The notes under the pieces were generated by a model, which saw nothing but the letters and a program-made list of their open reading frames with translations, ran no database searches and was not told the DNA's origin. DNA of 63,138 nucleotides, filler included, from Octopus bimaculoides (taxonomy: Eukaryota): assembly GCF_001194135.2 (NCBI RefSeq). It is 4 parts of 3 records of this genome, joined end to end, with 100 filler letters (N's around TTAATTAATTAA, not from the genome) between each part and the next. Parts side by side here need not be neighbours in the genome. Positions count along the whole stretch, not along the records: positions 1 to 30,573 come from NC_068985.1; 3 more parts are not named here. One strand, written 5' to 3'. The position numbers were made by a program, and so were the translations under genes. Below, piece by piece: positions 1-11,666 of the stretch (position 1 is its first letter; every line of letters starts with the position of its first letter).

Positions 1-404
1 ATGACGGAGCCACCTTGAGCATAACACTATAAAAGAGTAAAAAAAATCCAGACAAAAAACAAAAAGGCAAAAGAGAGTCACTCACTGTTATAGTTTCTGT
101 AATGACAATATTGACCAAGGCTACCGTGGTCTTTTCCGTAGGCTTTTCTTTCCACGGCTAAACCTAAACTATCCTCCCCTCTTTTTACACGAGAACATTA
201 CTGTGTGATACACGATCCCTATTGATCGCTTTTTTTTTTCCTCGATCCCTTTTGATCGAACTTCCCCCTTTTCCCTTCCTATGATCCCTTTTGATCGACT
301 CACCCCTATTGTTTTTTTTCCTTCCCCCACCCAAAAAGAAAAGCACTACATTGTATTTGTCCCATCTTTGTTGAGCCCTGTGTGGCTAATAAAAGAAATG
401 TATG

Positions 405-550
405 TGTCTGTCTATCTGTGTCTGTCTATCTATCTATCTATTTGTCTATCTATCTGTCTATCTATCTATCTATCTGTCTGTCTGTCTGTCTATCTGTGCC
501 TGTCTGTCTGCCTTTCTGTCTGCCTGTCTGCCTGTCTGCCTGTATGTCTA
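405..550. repeat. (TCTA/TCTG)n compound tetranucleotide microsatellite
   Basis: Direct reading; it generates the spurious CLS/YLS ORFs at 281-638. Confidence 0.95.
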
Positions 551-2734
551 CTGCCTGTCTATAATATGTACAAGTAATAAGATCATGTTAATATGCCCAA
601 CGGTTAGATCACACGTTGCAGTTTCAACTCGCGGATGAAGCTAATCTATTTCTCTTACATCGCCAACGCCACTCATTGAGAAAGAGAAAAACGCGACACT
701 TTCTATTTCCCTCAATTACAATATATGGACTTCATATCTAGACTTCAGAAGCAAATATATTTTGGAGTCAAACAGTGGAGTGCAAGAATCCACCACTTTA
801 ATGTCAGTGACCCGGTTTCCATTTACGGTTGATGAAAATTCAATTTTACTCCCATAATTGATTTGCAAGATGTACTGTGAGCATACTTTACATATTGAGT
901 CTTTGAAAATACCATCTCTTTGAACGTTCGCGAAAAATAAAACCAGCATTACATTAATATGAAAGCGACAGAGTGGAAGATAAAGTAGTAGGTTAGAATA
1001 TTTCAAACCTTGACGTTATTGGTTCAAAAGCCGCCTAAGTTGACCTTTTTAATTGTATATCTGCACCAGAAAAGTTCCCCACCAAAGTGCAAGCCTTTGT
1101 GTATGTGTGTGCAAGACCAGCATTTTCCCCGCATGTTAATCTCTCCTCTCCCAGCAACAGGTATAGCTAAGAGGAAAAGCAAGGCTAAAATACTTTGATA
1201 CCAATGTCATCGCAAGTATTGCCGCTAGAATAACGGTGCCACCAGGCGGATAGTGACAATGATGGCGACAGAAAGAATGATAGAAAAGCGACAGAAAGAT
1301 CAAATGAGCTACAAAATTCCGATTTTATCAACCTGTCGGACTCTGAAGAGCTGATGGAAAATCGATTAAACTGCAGTCTTAGGATTTCTAATACTTATTG
1401 TCAGAATAGCAAGGTGTGCTTATACTCTTTTAGACAATACCTGTTCTGATGCCAGCACAATAATGTTCAAGAAAGCCGCCACCTAAATCGTTGTTGAAAT
1501 AATTCAGAGTGAATCACCAGACAGCAGTAAATTACTTTGTCAAATGACAGTTAGACGCCAGAATAGCAGAACCCCTTTACAAAGCAATATCACGTAGTGC
1601 AGTATTTCAGCATAGATCAACATACCAAAGAAATATAAAATCACGTCTTGGTGAGATACATAGATGGTGTAAACCTCTGGATTGCAGAAGGAGACATCGT
1701 TAATTGAAATACAGGGAGGTATTGGAGATGTACAAACACATATTTAGAACCTCTGATCAGTAAAGAAGGTATCCCCATATTTACGGCCTCTAATTTATGA
1801 TAACTCACACAAATGAGCCCTTCTGGTGAAGATTTATTAACACAAAAGTGCTATGGAGTAAGCATTAGGACATAAAGCAGCTACAACGGTTCCACTTGAC
1901 AGTTATTTGTTCTGTTATTATTATTATTGTCATTCTGTTATATTATTTTGTCACTGTGTTGTACACTACTTATTATTCTATGCTTATTCCTTTGACACAA
2001 AGTTTTCACCGATCGAATTTTATTCAGTCGACCCGAGGCTTGAGGTCATTTTCCTGAGGTAACATTAAGCTGGATATGGCACAATATAGTTAGTATTATA
2101 ACATTGTAATCGAGGGATATCAAATGGGTAGTAAACCGAAAATGTTCGAGAATGATTTTATAACAAGAAAGATTCCAGCGAAGATGGCAGCAGATGGGAA
2201 TGACATTTCACGTCATATATATTTTTCAACAAGCAGAAATTTTGACAGATTCAAGAGCCTCAACAAAGTAAAACGAAAGAAAGAAAAAAAAGATATATCT
2301 AATTAATTGTACAATTGTAAGCTCAACTTCCCAACCAAAACCTATACATACTTACATACCTACATGCACACATACACAAACACCCTCTTTCACACACATA
2401 TATACATACAAACACGCATACATAAATGTACATTGTCGCACAAACAAAAATACATAGCTGTATACATTCAGATAGCGAGTGACAAGTATACTTTGCTCCG
2501 CATACAATTATTTCCTATCTTGTAGAGCTAGTCGGTGTCATTTATAAAATATTTACACAAACTTGGTTCATTATACATATGCCATGTGTATAGAAAATTA
2601 TATTTACTCTCATTATACATCTTTACACGTTTGCACAATCGGACTTCAAATGCATACATAAAAGTACGCAAGTTCAGGAACACACACAAGTGAGCGGAAA
2701 AACACACGACACACACAGAGAAAACAACAAAACC

Positions 2735-2771
<37 letters not shown>

Positions 2772-3016
2772 CACTTTCATACTGAAATACATAGAATTTT
2801 CAAAAACATATGTCTTATTTTACGAATACAATCATTACGTGGCCCACACTTCTATTTATTTAAAAGATGAATACATACAAAACTTGGCAATCATAAACGT
2901 ATGTTTGCTCACGCCCCGCAGCGTACCTAGTTACCCTGACACAGAAGCTCTCCCATCCAACCACAAACAATTAATTCAACCACACATACAAACACGCACA
3001 CAAATTATATATATGT

Positions 3017-3069
<53 letters not shown>

Positions 3070-3084
3070 CAAACGTACATAGTG

Positions 3085-3121
<37 letters not shown>

Positions 3122-4898
3122 TATAAAAATCCATAAGTCAGAGAAAAATAGGCACTCGTATATTTGCCAATAGTGTACACACACACTCACACATACATAT
3201 GAGAGAAAGAGGGATTCGTTTGCACGTTCATTTGTTTTTAACTCTGTTTTTGGATGCTGGCATGTGTTTAGTGAATGCCTTATAGTGGTATTTATTGCTT
3301 TACCGCGGCATGCTCTCGCTGTCGGTAATCTTTACCTATTTTTAAGTAAGGATGTCTTTTTTCGCTATTGCAAAGGCAGCGCACGATGGTTTATTAATAG
3401 GAGAAATAAAACATCAGTACTTTCTAGCACGCGAGATTCGGAGAAACCCACGCTCACAGGCAAGTTCATATAGATACATACCTAAATACACATAGATGTG
3501 TGCGCGCGACAAGCCTTATTGCTGCTTCGGTCTATCTCATCTGCTTACACGGCTTTGGTCGGTCCGGGCTGTAGTAAAATATATAACACTCAACAAATAT
3601 TTAACTTCGTGTAATCTGGGAGAAATATGATTACAAAGAACTATATTTCAATAAATTTTTTAAATAATGAAGAATTTAGTGAAATAACTTTATTTATAAG
3701 CTAGCGTTAGGAAGATAAATTAACACGAAGTTAAACGCTCTGTTTTAAATTAGATCGTATTTAAACAGGAATTTTGTTTCAGAGAAACAGGGGCAGTCTC
3801 AGGAGGTTTCATATAATAAAGTTTAAACAAGCTTCTTAAATGTATCTGTTTGTAGTTCTACTCTTCTAATGAAAAAGTAATATGTTTCCAATTATACTTC
3901 CCATCGTGGTGTTTCTTTTAATAAAGTGAAGTATTTAGAAAAAGGCATTCTGCTACCAAATGATACTAATAAAGAACAAAATACTGGAACATAATCTAGT
4001 TTAGTCTTCTCTTCAACCAATAAGTTTTAACAACTTTAGAAAACATTTTCTTCAAATTGATTCAAAATCCTTTCCCACAACAATTAGAGTTTGAATGTGG
4101 TTTACTTTGGATAAAAACGATATTTGTCCGTTAATCAACTCCACTGCATCTCGAACAGTCGATACCGCTGCTATCCAATATCTGCCATATCTTAACTATA
4201 TACCTCCAAAAGTATTTTTCGTGTTAGTGTCGAAGCAAATGATATTTTGAGGTCATATTTGGACTCACTTCGGATTCATTCAACATTTTTTGGACTCGGC
4301 GTCTTCATTTATTTCGCAATCCATTTAGAATTAAAGACACAAAAATAAGAAATAAACTTTGCAACCAAGTAGAGTAAAATTGCTTTGCCAAACCGTACAG
4401 GTATTGCTTGCTGTGCATCTCGGAATCTCATATTTTTTAAAGCGTACTCAAAATTTCTAATATGAATACTGGAAACAGTATGAACTGTTTCTCACTATAA
4501 TTCTTAATCATTCAGTATTCCGTTTTCCTTCAAAATTTCTAGTTTGCTTATTTCATCTATCTAAAGAAATTTTGAGAAAATTGCAGTATAAGTACACAAT
4601 AAGAGTGTTTTCTCCCAGTAAAAACGTTTTTCAAAGCGACATAACCATAAAATTAATTTTACTGAAATATATAATCTTACGAATAGAATTGCAATTCTCA
4701 ATTTTATAAAATGTGGTTCTTTTTTACATCCTCTTTGTCAAACCCTTTAAGTTTTTCATATACACAATATTTCATTTCCTTGTTCATTATTCTTCTGACA
4801 ATTGCAGAGATGAGACTGACGTAATTCAAAAGATTTTAGCTGTATTCATTTCATCATTTATTTTTTTATTAAATACTTCCAGGACTGACTCCCTTAAG

Positions 4899-4900
<2 letters not shown>

Positions 4901-4941
<41 letters not shown>

Positions 4942-5029
4942 TATATACATATATCTATATATGTGTATGTATACATATGTATATTTATGTATATATATGT
5001 ATTTATGTATATATATGTATATGTATGTA

Positions 5030-5111
<82 letters not shown>

Positions 5112-5160
5112 ATATCCCTATATATATATATATATCCATATGCATATGCATATATACATA
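4901..5160. repeat. (CA)n + degenerate (TA/TG)n + (TA)n compound microsatellite
   Basis: Direct reading. Confidence 0.95.
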
Positions 5161-5330
5161 TGTAATATTCTGGACTGATGGGTATATGTCGATTAGTGTG
5201 TTGATGAGTTGAGCTGATCACTGGCACGGTTTGGGCTACCTCGTGTCATCCGCAGTTGGAGTATATTTCCGTTGGATCTACTTCAGGAATTCCGCAGTGT
5301 CAGTTGAGATAATAATAATAATAATAATTG

Positions 5331-5598
5331 ATTAAGTAAACACAAGAATTTGATATCAGTCTTTATTTTGTACGACGGTCGTTTCGACACATCCTGCTAC
5401 TGTCCTTTACGGGTGGTATTCTAAGCATCATGCTGTGTTGCATCCATTTTGCAGTCTGGGTCACATCAGGTACATAAATGGATGCAACACAGCATGATGC
5501 TTAGAATCCCACCCATAAGGGACAGTAGAAGGAATTATCGAAACGATCGTTATACAAAATAAAGACTAATACTAAATCCATCTTCTGTTTTACTTAAT
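5331..5598. repeat. Long fold-back element (arms about 120 bp, 26-nt loop), probably an inverted Penelope-like element terminal repeat
   Basis: Arm 5331-5449 is the imperfect reverse complement of 5476-5598; the inner 32 bp (5418-5449 / 5476-5507) are perfect. Both arms carry CGAAACGNNCGTH followed by AATAAA. Confidence 0.85.
5369..5474 (-). ncRNA. Type I hammerhead ribozyme motif (Penelope-like element type), one core deviation
   Basis: - strand reads TGTAC-CTGATG(T)-GAC-[71 nt]-GTC-GAAA-CGACCG-TC-GTACA: 5-bp stem I, core CUGAUG with T where A9 is expected, GAC/GTC stem II base, GAAA, short near-palindromic stem III, GUC cleavage triplet. Confidence 0.7.
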
Positions 5599-5690
5599 AA
5601 ATATTAATAAATTATATATATATATATGTGTACACACACACACACACATGTATGTATGTATGTATGTATGTATGTATGTATATATGAAAA

Positions 5691-5833
5691 GCTTCTTTCA
5701 GTTTCCGTCAACCAAATCCACTCACAAGACTTTTGTCAGCCCGAGGATGTAGTAGAAGACACTTGTCCAAAGTGCTATGCAGTCCGACTGAACCACGTGG
5801 TTGGGAAACAAGCTTCTTACCACACAGTCACAC
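5691..5833 (-). mobile_element. tRNA-headed SINE, family B head
   Basis: Reverse complement matches the head at 12166-12322 (…AAGAAGCTTG…CCACGTGGTTCAGTCGG…TTTGGTTGACGGAAACTGAAAGAAGC). Confidence 0.8.
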
Positions 5834-6076
5834 TGTTTATTGAAACATAATGGTGATTTTAAGGAAGGTTTTTCACTGAAAGTGGAGTAAGTGTTCGCTA
5901 TGAGTGAAGTAAAAGTAAAGATATAGATATTAATGAAGACCGTATTTAAGGTTCACGCTAGGTTGGATCCAGTTACATGATTAACATGACACGAAATGAT
6001 GAGATATGTCCATATATGGGATAAAAGTTAAGTAAAAACTGAGTATGATATATATATGTGTGTGTATGTATGTATG

Positions 6077-6110
<34 letters not shown>

Positions 6111-7088
6111 CATGTATATATATATGTATATATGCATGTATATATATATGTATGCATATATATGTATGTATATATGTATATATATACGTATATTAAAACG
6201 TAAAATTAAAACAAAACACAAAGGATTCCGCGATACATATATATACATATATATATATATATGTACGTATGTATGCATATATGTATCTATATATGTATGT
6301 TTAGGAGGAGTTTTATATACGACCAGTTATTCTAATGCTTTTAGGAAAATGCTACAAACACATAAATTTCAGAATGAAGGTTTTTTTTTTTCGTTAGTAA
6401 TGGATATTATTATGTAAAAGTGGTAAAACAAAATTATAATTGAGCTCCATTATAATATAATATCTGAAGAATAATTTTAAATTTTTTTGAACGTTTTATT
6501 TTGATTTTTGGGAAAGTTTTTTTTTTAATTATACAATATATGATTAAGGTGAAAAGTCAATGTTTTTTTAAAGATATCTATAAAATGTGTATTTTAATAC
6601 TCGTAAATATTTAAATTTAGATTAGCTGTACAACGTATCTATGTAGTATGTTCAATTTATTTAATATGATAAAGAAAAAGAAAAGCCAGATAAATTTACG
6701 CCTATTGTGTATGAATTAAAAATGTGACTATTAATTTATGGTTTGCGTATAGGTGTCGCACGAAATATGCAATAATTGTAAATAATAAATGTGGTTTGTG
6801 CTCACAACATACTGAAATGCATCTTTATATACACATTACATATGCACACACGCATAGGTTCATTAAGAGGCAAACATACACACATGCTCGCACGTATACT
6901 TATACAGATAATATGCAAATACTAAATTTAAATGATTTATGATCTGAGCAATTTGCAAATAATTTTATTAATTATATTAAAAGAAATATGAGAAATAGTT
7001 TCGTGTTATAAACATCGTTTAAAATTATACTGCTAAAATTGGTTAATAGAAAAGTCACTTTGTAACTATTTGCAGATTAATATAATGC

Positions 7089-7283
7089 TTTCAGATTTTG
7101 GCACAAGACCAGCAATTTTGGGTGAGGGATTAAGTCGATTACATCAACCCCAGTGTTCAAGTGGTACTTATTTCATCGACATCGAAAGGACGAAGAGCAA
7201 AGTCGATCTCGGCGGAGTTTGAACTCAGAACATAAAGACGGACGAAATACCGCTTAGCTGGTATTTGTCTGGCGTGCTACGAT
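7089..7283 (-). mobile_element. SINE family C (core TTTCATCCTTTCGGGGTCGATAAA type)
   Basis: Reverse complement is similar to the copies at 29038-29270 and 56368-56600. Confidence 0.8.
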
Positions 7284-7368
7284 ACAGTCTGAGTTCTATT
7301 TATACTGTTTGTTCTGGCAAACCCATATATATTTGTGTGTATGCATGTTTCGAGTGAACCAGTATTTA

Positions 7369-7965
7369 TTGGGTTGTCCTGAAAGTTCATGCCGATTTAT
7401 AGTAGCTTACCTTTCGACTTATTTTAGAACATGGTTGAGTTCATAAAATAGGATTTGACTACATCTCCATTTAGAGCACAGTTTAAAAGCTATCTTTTCG
7501 TGGAAGAAGGTTTATGTTCCTATAACTTTTGTTAATTCTGTAACCCTTTAAAATGTAAGATAAGAAAGTTCATTTTCGGCACTTGATGCTTTTCATTTTC
7601 TGTAAAGGGAAAAATGCCTCACAAACAACCAAAGAAATATACGCAGTTTACGGTGATGTTTCTTTATCCGAAAGAACTGTACGGAAGTGGTTCGCGAGGT
7701 TCCGAGCTGGAGATTGTAGCCTTATTGATAAAGAGCGATCAGGCAGACCATCCACTACAGATGATGACCAAATCAAGTCATTAATTGAGAATAACCCACA
7801 TTGCGCAACCCGAGAATTGGTAGAAAGCCTCAACCTATCAAAATCCGTTGTTCATGAGCACCTGGTAAAGCTTGGGTACACAAATCGCTACGATGTTTGG
7901 GTCCCACATGAGTTGAGTGAGAAGAACCTTTTGGAAAATCGGCACGAACTTTCCGGACAACCCAA
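7369..7965 (+). mobile_element. Internally deleted mariner element (597 bp) with 30-bp TIRs and TA target duplication
   Basis: TIRs TTGGGTTGTCCTGAAAGTTCATGCCGATTT and TTGGGTTGTCCGGAAAGTTCGTGCCGATTT (28/30 identical); TA at 7367-68 and 7966-67. Confidence 0.92.
7553..7935 (+). pseudogene. Mariner (Mos1-like) transposase N-terminal HTH region; stop at codon 2, no catalytic domain
   Basis: ATG TAA GAT AAG…, then HFRHLMLF…LSERTVRKWFARFRAGDCSLIDKERSGRP…WVPHELSEKN; truncated by the right TIR. Confidence 0.88.
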
Positions 7966-8662
7966 TATTTTGTTGGAGTCAAATTCACATCTCGTTCTTT
8001 AGTCTAAGGGACCTACGTTCTTATGAACTGGTTAACTCTTGCCATACATGGTTGCATGCATTCACATACATACGAACGCTCACTCACATAAACGTTTACG
8101 CACACATCCACGCACATATACGACGTGGAAACCAATACGTCTGGTAAAAATGTATCACTCAATTTTCATGCAAACTAGACTTGTACTTGATAAAATGTAC
8201 AACGATGAATATTTAGTACCCATAGTCCTTTTTTTTTTTTTTTTTTCGAGGGCCAGGTGGATAATCCATCATATTTCTGCAACACCTTATCTGAAATATT
8301 TTTAGATAGACAAGACTGGAGTGTCTTTCAAATATTGTAATAATTTTTTTTTTTTATATACATTTAGTATCAGATAAAATTGTATAAAAAATGATTTTTG
8401 GTAATAAATCAGATTTAGGCACCAATGGGTTAAAAATAAGTACATATATACTAGCATTGTCTTACTATTCTGTGTTAATAACATTCTTGTGTTGAAGCTA
8501 CATTTTCTTCTTGAGATCAGTTAATTATATTTTGAAAGTGTTGATTCATTAATTAACGACAGCATAACATCAAAATAAAGTTAAGTGTTAAGTTTTCGGA
8601 AATGAATACGTAGGAATATGAACGAGAATGCAAATGCCGTAGTGATGCCGTATATTTTAACA

Positions 8663-8720
<58 letters not shown>

Positions 8721-8929
8721 CAAGCCGTATTTGTTATAAAAGTGTGTGCGTGTGTATGTGTGTGTGCATGTTGCGACGGTGCTGGCCGAGTGGTTACTGA
8801 TGCTTACTCACGATCGCTGTTTCAAATCCCAGACTGAGCGGTACCTTGTGTTTTAAGTAAAACAGTTAATTTAGTATTGCTCCCACCAGTCTCCTCGGCT
8901 GGAAATCATTGATACCAAGAACTAGAGAT

Positions 8930-9248
8930 TGTAACTGACTCTCCGTCGGTTATGACGAAAAAGCTTTCAGTTGATCCGATCAACGAAACAGCGCGCAAGT
9001 GGCTGAGCACTCCACAGACACGCGTACCCTTAACATAGTTCCCAGAAAGATTCAACGCGACACAGAATGTGACAAGGCTGGCCCTTTTGAAATACAGGTG
9101 CTACTCATTTTTTCCCTGCTGGGTGGACTGATGCATCGTGAAATAACGTGCCTTGCTGAAGGACACAACGCACCACGGAAAATCAAGCTCTCGCTCTTTC
9201 AGTCGTGAGCCGAATACCCTTAGCCACTAAGCCATGTGTCTTCACGCA
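8930..9248 (-). mobile_element. tRNA-headed SINE sharing the family A 3' tail but with a different central domain
   Basis: Reverse complement: A-box TGGCTTAGTGG, middle CAAGGCACGTTATTTCACG…CCACCCAGC, tail AAGGGTACGCGTGTCTGTGGAGTGCTCAGCCAC as in 13548-13930. Confidence 0.75.
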
Positions 9249-10263
9249 GATTAAATAAGCGATAGAATGGCATCTCCTCCAGTGGGTTGCTTTTTATTTC
9301 TTTTCACTCTGTTGCTTCCGGATAAAAAGTTGTACAGAAAATACATTGGTGAAGAATGAGATAAATATAAAACATGCCATGAAAATAAAAGCGTTGTGTG
9401 AGCAAGTGTAAATGGGCTAACCAAGTGGTTATCAGCTTTGGTCTCAGGCTCTTAGTTTCGATTTTTTTTTCATTCCTCTATCCAGTTTACTCAACTGAAA
9501 ATGAGTAATAGTAGAAGCTGGAGATTAAACCAGGGTTGATGGCTTATACGTCATGTAAACCGAAATAAGTTGCAGCCAAATGCGCCTGATGACTCGTGAA
9601 AAACTTAAGTCTGTAAGTGAATACAAAATAGAATACATATTATATGATAACATCAAAGTGAATTGTATAAATTGAAAATAATTAAGAATAGAAAGAAAAA
9701 AATGGAGAGAGGGCTATTCAAGTTTGAATTTAGAGATAAAGATGATATAATCTAGAATAATTATAGGGTATGTATTTAATTAATTAGTTGAATTTAAGAC
9801 GATTGACATATAAGTGAAAAAAAATTAGCTCAACTAACATGAATTTAATGAAGCTTGATAAATTGATGGCTTAGTAAGGATATATAGAAAACTAATTTAA
9901 AAATCAATGAATATAATAAATGGAGCGACATAAACTGAGTCAAGGTTTAAACAATTTAATTAAGAAAGTGGTCTTTGCTTTAATCAAAATTTAGGGTTCA
10001 TTAATTACTAATGCATAATTACTTCCATACATGTTTACAAGGTTATACAACCCACCACACGTTATATATGTGTATGTGTGCTCTTGTGTGTTTGTGAGTG
10101 TGTGTTATATGCTTTATATATATATATATACATATATATATATTCGATTTGGGTTTTATATATCGCATTAATAGGAATAAAACAAAGTAAACGTCTTCTA
10201 AGGTAGTATTCCATACGTATTATATGTTATAAATGTAAAGATAATATACATGATTTATACATA

Positions 10264-10312
10264 CAGTCACACAACAGCCGTTTCGACCAAAGATCTTGTC
10301 AGTGTGATACCG
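10264..10312 (-). ncRNA. Decayed minimal hammerhead ribozyme motif
   Basis: - strand TCACAC-TGACAA-GATC-TTT-GGTC-GAAA-CGGCTG-TT-GTGTGA: 6-bp stem I, 4-bp stem II, self-complementary stem III; the core is one base short and has A for G8. Confidence 0.5.
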
Positions 10313-10613
10313 TGTTTTTATATTGCATTATTCACGTATCTAGAATCGTATAAAGTATAGGCACAGAACAAGTCAACAACATTACATTAAAATACAAAAC
10401 AGAAAACTATCAAAAATATATAAAAATCAAAAGAAAAAGCTTGGTATTTATTAATCTTGATATTTAGTATAGAAAATCTAAATAAAATTTCGTGATTGAC
10501 AGCCCACAACTAAGACATGGGAAGTAACTCTTTTCTGAAAGTCAAATATTGTACATAACTCAAGATGATCCATTAATTGTGTCGAAATGACTTAAAGTAA
10601 GAAGATATCTATT

Positions 10614-10848
10614 CACGAGGGTGAGCTGAAAATTTCATAGGCCGACCATGAAGGAGTGATGATAGAGCTGTGAAATCTTGCATGCATTAATTTCAGGTCT
10701 TTTTATTACTAAATGCATTGTTTCTTTCCTGCTAAACTGACATCTGTTCAAAAACGACTTCAAATGTAACTAGTAGCGATTCCTCTTTTAAATAGACAAA
10801 ATTTGACATCGTGGTGTTATAAGGTACCTGCAGAAAAAGGGTTTGACC
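10614..10848 (+). mobile_element. 5' end of a mariner element (TIR, leader, first transposase codons HRGVIRYLQKKGLT)
   Basis: TIR-like CGAGGGTGAGCTGAAAATTTCATAGG and a mariner-type N-terminus that breaks off at TTTGACC. Confidence 0.65.
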
Positions 10849-11648
10849 TTGAACTCTGCTTGGCATGCGCACTATTCAAATGTTCTAGCTCACTCCCTCT
10901 GTTTACAGTAGTATTTGGAAGGAAGGTGTATAGCGTGTGATCGTCGCATTGACCATGACAGAGATAGTTGTTATGGCTATACCTGCACAGAGGCCTACGC
11001 AAAGTTGCAGAAGGTGTATGGAGAGGAGTGTATGAGCCGCTCACAAGTGTACGAGTAATTCAGAAGTTTCCAAGATGGCCGAAAATCCATCGATATTGAC
11101 GAATGTTCTGGGAGACCCGCAGCCAGTAGAACTGAGAAAAACATCGCAGATGTGCATGCAGCTGTGAGGTGAAACCGTCGAATCACTATCCGTGAGTTAT
11201 CAGAGGATGTGCAGATTAGTTACTTTTCAGTTCAGCCCATTATCACTGAAGATTTGTGTACGAGACGCGTGTCTGCCAAGTTTGTGCCCAAACTGCTTTC
11301 AGCTGATCAAAAAGACACTCGGGTTTCAGTTGCACAAAATCTCCTTGATTGTGTCACGAAAACTTTCTGAAAACTTTGCGTAGGTCTCTGAGCAGGTATC
11401 ACCAAGCTTTTGACAAAATTTGATGCAGATTCTCTACTCAACTTTCTCTGTCATTGTCAATGCGACGATCACACCCTACACGCCTTCCTTCCAAGCACTG
11501 CTGTAAACAGCAAAAGTGAGCTAGAACGTAAATACTTAGTGCGAATGCACAGCAGAATTTAAGGTCAATTTGTGCCAAGCGGCCTTACTCTGCATGCTTT
11601 AACTTCATTACTATAGCGACAGTCCGGATACTGATTGATCAGACCACG
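10843..11648 (+). mobile_element. Second mariner deletion derivative with long internal inverted repeats
   Basis: 10843-10964 is an imperfect reverse complement of 11445-11568. Decayed transposase (KLQKVYGEECMSRSQVYE*F…SGRP…RRVSAKFVPKLL). Right end …CTGATTGATCAGACCACG followed by TA. Confidence 0.8.
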
Positions 11649-11666
11649 TATTGAATCTTATGCTGG

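Noticed and set aside
281-638. ORFs rich in CLS/YLS, and all similar YI, HT, CV, poly-E/R/K and X-filled ORFs across the window
   Set aside because: Translations of microsatellites or N gaps; no domain content.
9640-10020. AT-rich stretch considered as a mitochondrial insertion (NUMT)
   Set aside because: No frame matched cephalopod mitochondrial proteins I could recall under the invertebrate code; left unassigned.
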